Positions 47,743 through 56,005 of a stretch of 64,000 nucleotides of DNA are shown in pieces. Where the stretch lies: NCBI GenBank assembly GCA_963845145.1, contig CAWJQU010000005.1, positions 672,001 to 736,000 of the forward strand, in the 5' to 3' direction. Below the pieces are notes generated by a model. That model saw only the letters and a program-made list of their open reading frames with translations. It was not told where the DNA came from and searched no databases. This stretch comes from an uncultured delta proteobacterium (GTDB lineage Bacteria; Desulfobacterota; Desulfobacteria; Desulfobacterales; QNYZ01). The stretch's first letter is position 1. The number at the start of each line of letters is the position of its first letter. The position numbers were made by a program, and so were the translations under genes.

Positions 47743-48813
47743 TTATTTTGGTATTTTAATTCGCTTCATGGCCTGCTCCATGAGGAGCTGATAGCCGCTT
47801 TTCTTCCCCAGAATTGACTTTTTTGCGCGCTGGCTCCACACGGTTTCCGGGCGGGCCTGGACGATGAACAGATTGTCCGGAAATCCCAGGTCCTTGTCTA
47901 TGGCCCACTCGATGTCCATGGGGCGCCCATAATGCTCTTCGATGTTTTTGGCCATTTTGACCAGGCCCTTGACCTCTTTGTCTTCCATGCAGCATACATT
48001 CTGCATATCTTCGGCCACATCGGCGTCCACCGTTTCCCCTTTTTCCGGATCAAAGATACATTCGATGTGCTTGTTCGAAATGGTCTTATCCGTGGTTTCC
48101 ATCACGATCTTATCCACGACGAACTTATCCGGATTCACCGAGCCCGAGACGACGGTTTCCCCCAAACCCCAACTTCCCTCGATAACGACTTTGGATATAT
48201 CCCCGTCGGTGGGATTTAGCGTAAACATCACCCCGGCCGCTTTTGAGTTGACCATTTTCTGTACGCCCACGCTGATTAGGACCTTTTCATGGGGAAAATC
48301 GTTTTTGATCCGGTAATCAATGGCCCGTGCTGTCCAGAGACTGGCCCAGCAGCGCCGAACTTTATCTACCACCAGATCCACCTCTTTAATCCATAGATAG
48401 GTATCCTGCTGCCCCGCAAAACTGGCCGTGGGCAGGTCTTCGGCCGTGGCACTGGAACGAACGGCTACGGGCAGCGCTTCCACTCCGCATAAGGTGCAAA
48501 GCGCGTTATAGCCGTCATCAATGGCTGTTCGAATCTTATCCGGCATTTCCTTGGTAATGATGAGTTGCTGAATTTTCTCGCTCGTGGCGTTCAGCGATTC
48601 CATGTCTCCTGTTTTTAACTCTGAAACGATCCGTAAAATCTCATCCTGAATACCCGTTTCCTTGATGAAGCTAAGATAACTATCGGTCGTCACGGCGAAT
48701 CCGGGCGGGACCCGAATACCGGCGTTGATCAACTCGCCCAGACTGGCATTTTTTCCACCGACTTCCGGCAGGGAGTTTTTATTAAGATCTTTAAAATTGA
48801 GGATATACGCCAT
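47743..48813 (-). CDS. ppsB: Phenylphosphate synthase beta-like (PEP-synthase ATP-binding domain only)
   Basis: VGGKNASLGEL, VAVRSSATAEDL..SFAGQQDT, DIEWA, VQARPETVWS; ends without a His or pyruvate domain. Confidence 0.88.
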   Translation of the reverse strand: MAYILNFKDLNKNSLPEVGGKNASLGELINAGIRVPPGFAVTTDSYLSFIKETGIQDEILRIVSELKTGDMESLNATSEKIQQLIITKEMPDKIRTAIDDGYNALCTLCGVEALPVAVRSSATAEDLPTASFAGQQDTYLWIKEVDLVVDKVRRCWASLWTARAIDYRIKNDFPHEKVLISVGVQKMVNSKAAGVMFTLNPTDGDISKVVIEGSWGLGETVVSGSVNPDKFVVDKIVMETTDKTISNKHIECIFDPEKGETVDADVAEDMQNVCCMEDKEVKGLVKMAKNIEEHYGRPMDIEWAIDKDLGFPDNLFIVQARPETVWSQRAKKSILGKKSGYQLLMEQAMKRIKIPK

Positions 48814-48947
48814 ATGACTTCTCCCTTGGGACAAACGATCCCTGTTCCCTTCCCTGTGAATTTTCGCGAAGGGATAAATTGGCTCGCAAATTGTTTCTCA
48901 AATTGTACTGGATCACCCGAACGAGATAGCGTTCGAGTTCCGGTGTT

Positions 48948-48975
48948 CGCATCCACCCGAAAGCGGGTGGATGCG
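48948..48975. other. Perfect 12-bp intergenic hairpin between ppsA and ppsB
   Basis: CGCATCCACCCG-AAAG-CGGGTGGATGCG. Confidence 0.6.
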
Positions 48976-49080
48976 TCTATTCGAGTCAGGCCGGGTCCGC
49001 TTGGCTGCGTTAATTCAGCAACCTTTACTTAAAGGCGGGACTATTTAGGTCCGGTGGCCGACCTGTCCGTTGCCAGGTGG

Positions 49081-50940
49081 TTAACCTGCTTTTTCTACGA
49101 TGATCACCTCTCCGGTATCTCCATCCACCTTGACGATGTCTCCCGTTTTGATGATCTGGGTCGCAAGGCCCGTACCGGTAACCGATGGAATACCATACTC
49201 CCGGCACACGATAGCGGCATGGGAGGTAAGCCCGCCGATATCGGTAACGGCCGCCTTGATGTTGGTAAACACAGGCGCCCAGGAGGGGTTGGTTGTCGGA
49301 CACACGAGGACTTCGCCCGGCTGAAGCTTGACGATATCCTTGAGTGACTTGAGGACACGTGCCGGACCCTCCGCTACCCCAGCGGAAGAGGCAAAGCCCT
49401 TAATCTCGGACACGTCACCCGCCGCCGAGGCATCAACCCCCTTTAACCACTCTTTTACCCGATCCGTAGTGACACCCCACAGCATAATGGTAAATGGTTC
49501 GGCTATCTCTTCGGGTGGTACCCCTAGAGCAGGTGTGGGATTCCAATCTGCAGCGGCTTCAAGGATTTTTTTACGCTTGGCAGCTTTGCCCTTGTACAAG
49601 GAGCTCCGCAACGGAATATCCACCCCTAAGGCCCATCCGGTAGATACCTCAGTGAGAAGTTCGGGAACCTCGTAACGGTTGAACATGAAAATGTCATCTA
49701 CTTCGTCGAGCATACCCGCATCAACACACACCTGGCCGATCTGCCTGATTTTGCTAAACCAGATGGTGTGGAACCAATGCTCAACCCAAAACAGATGATC
49801 TTCGGCATAGCGGTAAATAGTCCGAATGGTATTGAAAGCCCCGTCAAAGGCCTCCCTATCCTCGTCCGTCTGGATCAATCCCCGGTATTTGGCGATGATT
49901 TCATCGCGTTCTTTTTCGATCGCGTCCAAGGATCGCTCAATGGTCTCCCCATTTCCCAATCGTTCCAGATAGCTTTTGAGATAACCGTAGGGGATTTCCG
50001 GCACGGTTATCCAGCTGCCCTCATGATGAAACCAGCCGCTACCGTTTGAGACATAAAACCAAGGGTCTGAGGCTTTTTCATACTCCGCCAGCCAATTTTG
50101 CCCTTCCGCTGTTTTTTCCAGCTCGGCCTTCTTTTCCGACACGGATAAATTACCCTTGAGAACAGCCGCCACCGCGGGTGTTTCGTGGGCCAGCCGGCTT
50201 AGACGGCAAAGCTCTTCTTCAGGTTTGAACATGGAGACATAGGCACCGGCCACCATTTTTCCGATGGCGCTTTCGCTGATGCCCGGGAAAAGCTTTCGGG
50301 CAACATCGGCAAACATCAGATAGGCAAGGTAGGTGAGATTGAGCATTTCAAAATGGTACTGCCACCCCTTGATCATTCGATTGGCCAGCTTGTCGAAACA
50401 TGACATAAGGTTAAAAGAATCATAAAATCCGATGGGCGCCGGCAACACTTCATCGTCAGGCACGTATTTGGGCAGTTCCTTAGGCACCTCAATGGCTTTC
50501 ATCTCCTCGCCAAGGGCCTTGAATTTGGTCAACCACTTTTCCCACAGTTCATCGTAATGTTCGAAAACGTAAAACACCCGTTTTTCAAAATGGGCTGCTT
50601 TTTCACCAATGATCTCATCCGGTGGCGGCGCGATGGCACAGATATACATATAGGGCCCAACCATCCGCTGGGCGATTCCCTGGGCGGGCGGTATGCAGAA
50701 AACGCGGGTAGTATATTGTGATAATGAGATCTGCCACGCCTCTTGAAAGATCTGGTCCAGGGGGGGCATGGGTTCCGGCGCATGGATCTTGTCCAGGTAC
50801 CAGAATTGGTTCTTTTCCCATTCACTTCTATCCTTGGAAAACAGATAATGGGACGGATACATCTCCTCCCACCCTTCCAGCTCGGGTGGAACCTCATACT
50901 CGTGTGGATCCGGGAACCTTCCTGTGGTGCCATCAGCCAT
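49081..50940 (-). CDS. ppsA: Phenylphosphate synthase alpha-like (substrate-binding plus phospho-His domain)
   Basis: EGWEEMYP, WQYHFEMLNL, EHWFH, EPFTIMLWGVT, GGLTSHAAIVCREYG (catalytic His). Confidence 0.88.
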   Translation of the reverse strand: MADGTTGRFPDPHEYEVPPELEGWEEMYPSHYLFSKDRSEWEKNQFWYLDKIHAPEPMPPLDQIFQEAWQISLSQYTTRVFCIPPAQGIAQRMVGPYMYICAIAPPPDEIIGEKAAHFEKRVFYVFEHYDELWEKWLTKFKALGEEMKAIEVPKELPKYVPDDEVLPAPIGFYDSFNLMSCFDKLANRMIKGWQYHFEMLNLTYLAYLMFADVARKLFPGISESAIGKMVAGAYVSMFKPEEELCRLSRLAHETPAVAAVLKGNLSVSEKKAELEKTAEGQNWLAEYEKASDPWFYVSNGSGWFHHEGSWITVPEIPYGYLKSYLERLGNGETIERSLDAIEKERDEIIAKYRGLIQTDEDREAFDGAFNTIRTIYRYAEDHLFWVEHWFHTIWFSKIRQIGQVCVDAGMLDEVDDIFMFNRYEVPELLTEVSTGWALGVDIPLRSSLYKGKAAKRKKILEAAADWNPTPALGVPPEEIAEPFTIMLWGVTTDRVKEWLKGVDASAAGDVSEIKGFASSAGVAEGPARVLKSLKDIVKLQPGEVLVCPTTNPSWAPVFTNIKAAVTDIGGLTSHAAIVCREYGIPSVTGTGLATQIIKTGDIVKVDGDTGEVIIVEKAG

Positions 50941-51283
50941 GTTCAACCTCCTACGATTGCGGGTTAAAAGATATGGTTACATGTGCTTAACCGGCATTTG
51001 ATATATCGGTATATGAAAGCACACACTGAAGATGCGTCCCAGATCACTCATTTAGACGATCGAATAAATGAGCTGTTGGCACAAAGGTCGATGTCATTCA
51101 TAAAGATGATGTCAACCAATGATCATTTGATTCAAATTATCAGCTCTAGTTTCTACACGACCTGGCAAGACAGCAATTGGGTTTGATCGATCAAGACGCC
51201 ACAGGATCTTTTTTCCAGAGGGTGTAGAATGCATTTATGAATGAAAATATAGGACCTGTCAAAACAATTAAATTTATGTTATC

Positions 51284-51300
51284 CATAAAAAAAACTTATG
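51284..51300. promoter_or_regulatory. LysR box (T-N11-A)
   Basis: CATAA-N7-TTATG in the divergent ppsA/lysR region; a similar box lies about 30 bp downstream. Confidence 0.6.
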
Positions 51301-51395
51301 TAAGAAATAATACCATAAAAAAAACATATTGCTTTGAATTAAACGATTACCATAGTGAAACCTGGAAATCTGAATAGATAACGAGGATAGGCAGC

Positions 51396-52415
51396 ATGTT
51401 AAATCTTAATCAATTTCGAATATTCTATTACGCCGCCAAAAATTTAAATTTTACCCGTGCCGCTGAGGAGCTGTTCATTTCTCAACCGGCGGTCACCATT
51501 CAAATCAAGGCGTTTGAAGACTACTGCGGCTTGAAGTTATTTAAAAAACGTGGTCGCCTGACGCGGCTCACCGATGAGGGTCAAACGCTTTATTCATTTG
51601 CCAAAACTGTTTTTACCATTGAAAAAGAGATCGAAAGTACACTTGAGGACATGCGTAAACTGAAGCGCGGTATTCTTAAGATCGGCACCACCAAGGCCTA
51701 TGCCCGCTATTTTATGCCGTTGATGCTCACCTCTTTTCATGCCAAATACCCTGATATCAAGATTGAACTCAATGAGGGCAGCTCTTTGGACATGACCCGG
51801 AGTCTGCTGGAATTGAAAAACGAAGTGGGCATTATCGCCAAAGCGGAAGATATCCCCGGGATTTCCCTGATGCCTTTCAGCCAGGAAGAGATGGCCCTGG
51901 TCATGTCACCCGATCATCCCTGGAATCAGCGACAAGCGCCGGTTTCATTGAAAGAACTGGCCACCGAACCGTTTATCATGAAAGAGGTCGGCTCGGGCAC
52001 CCGGCGCCTGGTGGACCAGCTTTTTGATAAACAACCCTATTTACCAAATATTCTGATGGAAACCAGCAATACCGAATTTATCAAGCAGTTGGTGCAACGT
52101 GGGGAGGGCGTGTCTTTGCTGGTAAAGGCTGCCGTTGCCAATGAGCTGAAAGAGAATCTACTGGCGACGACTGCGCTTGAAGGCCCGGTTCCATATTTGG
52201 ACGTCAGCATCGCCCATTTAAAAGACCAGCCCCTATCGCTGCCCGCCAAAGGATTTGTCGAAATATTAAAAACCATCAAATCGGAATCGGATCTGTCATC
52301 CCCCGAGGGGATCGGCATGATACTGGCCCGAATGCTGGTCAATCGCCAACAGAAGAGTCAATCCAAGGCCCCATTGTCTTTGACGCCCGGCGCAACAACC
52401 GCACAAAAAAGATAA
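51396..52415 (+). CDS. LysR family regulator
   Basis: NFTRAAEELFISQPAVTIQIK, LTDEG, EVGSGTR. Confidence 0.95.
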   Translation: MLNLNQFRIFYYAAKNLNFTRAAEELFISQPAVTIQIKAFEDYCGLKLFKKRGRLTRLTDEGQTLYSFAKTVFTIEKEIESTLEDMRKLKRGILKIGTTKAYARYFMPLMLTSFHAKYPDIKIELNEGSSLDMTRSLLELKNEVGIIAKAEDIPGISLMPFSQEEMALVMSPDHPWNQRQAPVSLKELATEPFIMKEVGSGTRRLVDQLFDKQPYLPNILMETSNTEFIKQLVQRGEGVSLLVKAAVANELKENLLATTALEGPVPYLDVSIAHLKDQPLSLPAKGFVEILKTIKSESDLSSPEGIGMILARMLVNRQQKSQSKAPLSLTPGATTAQKR

Positions 52416-52513
52416 CCCGTTTATACTAATACCGTAACGTTGCATAAAAATTGAGTTCAAAACGGGAATGGGTCGGATCGAATTGAAATGAGTTGTAAAC
52501 TTTATTTATCGTA

Positions 52514-53998
52514 TCAGTCCGCTTCAATCAGCATGGTTTCACCGTAAGGCGCCTGGTCGTGCACCAAAAACCGGAACTCGCATTTGGCAAAATGGATGAT
52601 GTCGCCACTTTTTAGTTTGATTTTGGTGTTTTGATCAATCACCGTGTTGTTCAGCCGGGTACCATTGGTACTGCGGTTATCCTCAAGGTAATATTGGCCG
52701 TTTCGGTAGGTGATGGTGGCGTGCAGACTGGAAACGACTTTTTCGGGAATGACGATGTCGTTGTGGGAATCACGGCCTATACTCACTGATGATTTATCAA
52801 TAGCTAAGGAAATGGAATCCTGGGGGATGATATGTTCCACATCAATCAGTTCCGCCTGGACATCCGGGCGAGGTTCAGTCGACAGTTCCCGTTTGCCGCC
52901 TACCGGTATGGGTCCGCCTGTCTTGCCCCGGTTGTTTTTGAACATAAACAGCAACAGGAAGAGTACGACTAAAATAACGGCAACTAAAAAAAAGATCAGC
53001 AACGTGTCGATCAGGCTCTTGCCTGAAGCAATCCCGGGCGCGGTGACGGGCTGGCTTGGTGAAGATGGCTCTGTTCGTAAAGTGGGCATTTTTGGCAGGG
53101 GTTGATAGGTGTCGGTGCCGGATAACGGTTGATTGTGGGTTTTACCGGGGGGGGTGGGGCCATCCGCCGCCGTTTGGCCGGACCGGGACGCGGTTTGGGC
53201 AGCCGCTTTCGCCGAAGATAGCTTGGCAAGCCGGTCATTAATCGAATCAAAAACACTTTGGATCTCTTCCGGCCGGTAAACCCGGAAATACTCCCCATCC
53301 GTTTTCGATGCCAGCATCTGCATCAGGCGAAAGTCCGCCTTATCCGTAAAGGCAATGCCGAATATCTTTATGCCCAATTGCCGGCATTGCGACGTAAGGT
53401 CCTCTTTCAGCCACCGCTCACTTTCAGCATCGCGTTTGATATCTCCGGTATCGATGATGCCGTCCGTGAGAAGAATAATCATTTTATCGGCGTCTGTATC
53501 ACCCCTGGCTTTCAACTCATAAATGGCTCTTTCAATTCCCGTGGGTGTATTGGTCAGTTGCCCCCGGTAGTCCAGGCGCTTTAAGGTGCCGATAAATTCG
53601 TCATCAACGCCTTCACCGGAAATCTCCGTTAACGGCTTGAGGACCTTGGCGTCCGTATCGAAAATCACCATTCCCAGACGTGATCCCGGGGTCAGGTTCT
53701 TAATGAATCCGGCAACAACTTCTTTGGTAATTCGATCGGGATCATTTTTTTTCATACTTCCGGAATTATCGAGTACAAATACAATTTCCCTGTCAACAAT
53801 GGGCGACGCAGCGGCTTTCTTTTCTTTCTGGGGTTCATCCTGGGGATCGGGCTCAGGCGCCGTGGAAGGCAGTGGGTTGATTTTATAAGTTTTGGCGGTA
53901 TCTTTTGTGTCGATGCCGTAACAAATGGCCGCAATGAAAAATATAAAACAACAGATGGCTAATTGCGGAATCCAGGTTCCCCTTTTTATCTGTCGCAT
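52514..53998 (-). CDS. Membrane protein with extracytoplasmic vWA and cytoplasmic FHA domains
   Basis: Signal-like N-terminus, VLDNSGSM MIDAS, LLTDG, TM, then IGRDSHND..VSSLHA..STNGT. Confidence 0.88.
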   Translation of the reverse strand: MRQIKRGTWIPQLAICCFIFFIAAICYGIDTKDTAKTYKINPLPSTAPEPDPQDEPQKEKKAAASPIVDREIVFVLDNSGSMKKNDPDRITKEVVAGFIKNLTPGSRLGMVIFDTDAKVLKPLTEISGEGVDDEFIGTLKRLDYRGQLTNTPTGIERAIYELKARGDTDADKMIILLTDGIIDTGDIKRDAESERWLKEDLTSQCRQLGIKIFGIAFTDKADFRLMQMLASKTDGEYFRVYRPEEIQSVFDSINDRLAKLSSAKAAAQTASRSGQTAADGPTPPGKTHNQPLSGTDTYQPLPKMPTLRTEPSSPSQPVTAPGIASGKSLIDTLLIFFLVAVILVVLFLLLFMFKNNRGKTGGPIPVGGKRELSTEPRPDVQAELIDVEHIIPQDSISLAIDKSSVSIGRDSHNDIVIPEKVVSSLHATITYRNGQYYLEDNRSTNGTRLNNTVIDQNTKIKLKSGDIIHFAKCEFRFLVHDQAPYGETMLIEAD

Positions 53999-54246
53999 TG
54001 GATGGTTCCTGCTCAGGTTTGAATTTTGGTTAAAAACGATCAGAATTGATTTTTTGTATCTAAAAGCATATAAAACCCAAAGGCTTCACTTCAGTGAACG
54101 CCTTGAATTTACAAAATAATACTATATATCCATAAAGCAATGATGGCAGCCACAACATAATGTGGTTATATTCGACTGTTCGAGCACTACATTAGGCTTC
54201 GATTAATAGTGAATTTAAAGTTCTAGAGCAGAGCAATATCAACAAA

Positions 54247-55947
54247 ATGTATCTGTCACATTATCATTTAAATGTAAAGCCCTTTCAAATTACACCGGAT
54301 CCTCAGTTTCTATGGATGGGAGAATCCCATCGGGAAGCTTTGTCAATTTTTAAAGAGGGCATCAACGTCAACAAGGGCCTCATTCTCTTAACGGGAGATG
54401 TGGGCACCGGAAAAACGACGCTGATCAACAAGCTGATTGAAAGCCTGCATGACAATGCACTGGTGGCTTCTGTTCAATACCCGGGATTTGATATACTTGA
54501 TTTTTATAATTTTCTGGCCGCCAATTTCAAAATGGGGAAAAAGTACTCCAATAAAGGTGACTTTCTCATTCAATTTATCCATTTCCTGCACGAGGAAAAT
54601 GCCCAAAATAAAAAAGTAGTGCTGATCATTGACGAAGCCCAGGGGCTTTCGGATGAGATTCTGGACGAAATTCGATTACTATCTAATTTGGAAAGAGCGA
54701 AAGTCAAACTGTTAAACATCCTTTTGGTCGGGCAGGATGAAATGGATAAGATCCTGGAGGCACCCAACAACAAAGCCCTGACGGAGAGTATCGCCGCAAA
54801 ATATTACCTGGGGCCGTTAAAGAAAAGGGAGGTCAAGGAATATATTCATTTTCGGTTAAAAATTGCCGGTGCCGATTATCGGATTTTCAATAAAGGCGCC
54901 ATAGAGGAAGTCGTGCGGAGTTCCCAATGCTACCCCCGCTTGATCAATGTTATCTGCGACCATGCGCTCTTAACCGGATATGTCCAGGGAAAGAATAAAA
55001 TTGATGCCGCCATTATTAAAGAATGCGCCAAAGAGCATCAGTTACAAATTTTCGATGACATCGAATCGGACAAGATTGATACGGACATGATGCCGGCACC
55101 GGTAGAAGTCCCCTCAAAGACCCGCGGAAACTATCACTGGGCGCTGCCGACGATCCTTCTATTGGTACTTAGCCTTCTTGTTGTCGCCGGATACTTCTCA
55201 TATCTGAAAACCATCGGAGACGATTCCAGTTCCGGAGTCGTGGAAGCGACAAAGAAGCCGGCAGCTGAAGTAACGACCAACACCCCTTCGAAAGATAAAG
55301 GCCCACCTGTCGATAATACGGGGGTATCCAAAACGCAAGCGGCACCTCTTGATAAGGGGGCCTTGCCGATCATAGAAGAGGATTTGGATGATGAATCATC
55401 GTATAAAACTCCCGCATCTAAACCCCTGATAGATGGAAAAGTTGAAGGGAATACCGGGGTTGCCGTTGGCGATGCTGGGGAGATACAATCACAGGCCGAA
55501 TTGACAAAAGCCAATGAAACGGCCGATGTTACGTCGAATGATACCAGCCCTGTCTCAGCAGACGAAAAATTGGTGCTGACATTTCCGGCCTACGCGGAAG
55601 AACTCCCCAAAGACGCCTATGCCCAATTGGACACCTTTTTCATCAACGCTTCACAATACCCGGAGGCACGGATTCTGATAAAAGGATACACGGATTCATC
55701 CGGGAATGCCCGTCATAATCGAAAACTGTCACAAACACGCGCCGATACCGTCAAAGCCTATTTCATTGCCCAGGGCTATGATCAAAATAAAATCGAGGCC
55801 GTGGGGCTGGGTGAGAAAGACCCGGTCGCATCCAATGAGACCCCTGCCGGACGAAAGGTCAATCGCCGAATTGAAATTGAGCTGGTTCGCCCCTCGGCAA
55901 CGAATGCAAGCCTGAATCGGAATTCGTCTTCGAACATCCCGTTTTGA
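54247..55947 (+). CDS. ExeA/GspA-like AAA ATPase with TM and OmpA-like peptidoglycan-binding domain
   Basis: PFQITPDP, GDVGTGKT, IIDEAQ, PRLINVICD; GYTDSSG..NRKLSQTRA..NRRIE. Confidence 0.9.
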   Translation: MYLSHYHLNVKPFQITPDPQFLWMGESHREALSIFKEGINVNKGLILLTGDVGTGKTTLINKLIESLHDNALVASVQYPGFDILDFYNFLAANFKMGKKYSNKGDFLIQFIHFLHEENAQNKKVVLIIDEAQGLSDEILDEIRLLSNLERAKVKLLNILLVGQDEMDKILEAPNNKALTESIAAKYYLGPLKKREVKEYIHFRLKIAGADYRIFNKGAIEEVVRSSQCYPRLINVICDHALLTGYVQGKNKIDAAIIKECAKEHQLQIFDDIESDKIDTDMMPAPVEVPSKTRGNYHWALPTILLLVLSLLVVAGYFSYLKTIGDDSSSGVVEATKKPAAEVTTNTPSKDKGPPVDNTGVSKTQAAPLDKGALPIIEEDLDDESSYKTPASKPLIDGKVEGNTGVAVGDAGEIQSQAELTKANETADVTSNDTSPVSADEKLVLTFPAYAEELPKDAYAQLDTFFINASQYPEARILIKGYTDSSGNARHNRKLSQTRADTVKAYFIAQGYDQNKIEAVGLGEKDPVASNETPAGRKVNRRIEIELVRPSATNASLNRNSSSNIPF

Positions 55948-56005
55948 TTAATATCGAAAAAATGAATGTCATATTTTCTAATAAACAACTTTTTTGGAGG
56001 AGCAC

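Noticed and set aside
47743..50940. Split or frameshifted PEP synthase / pyruvate phosphate dikinase
   Set aside because: Two clean ORFs with their own RBSs, no pyruvate-binding barrel and PpsA-specific motifs; this is the phenylphosphate-synthase architecture.
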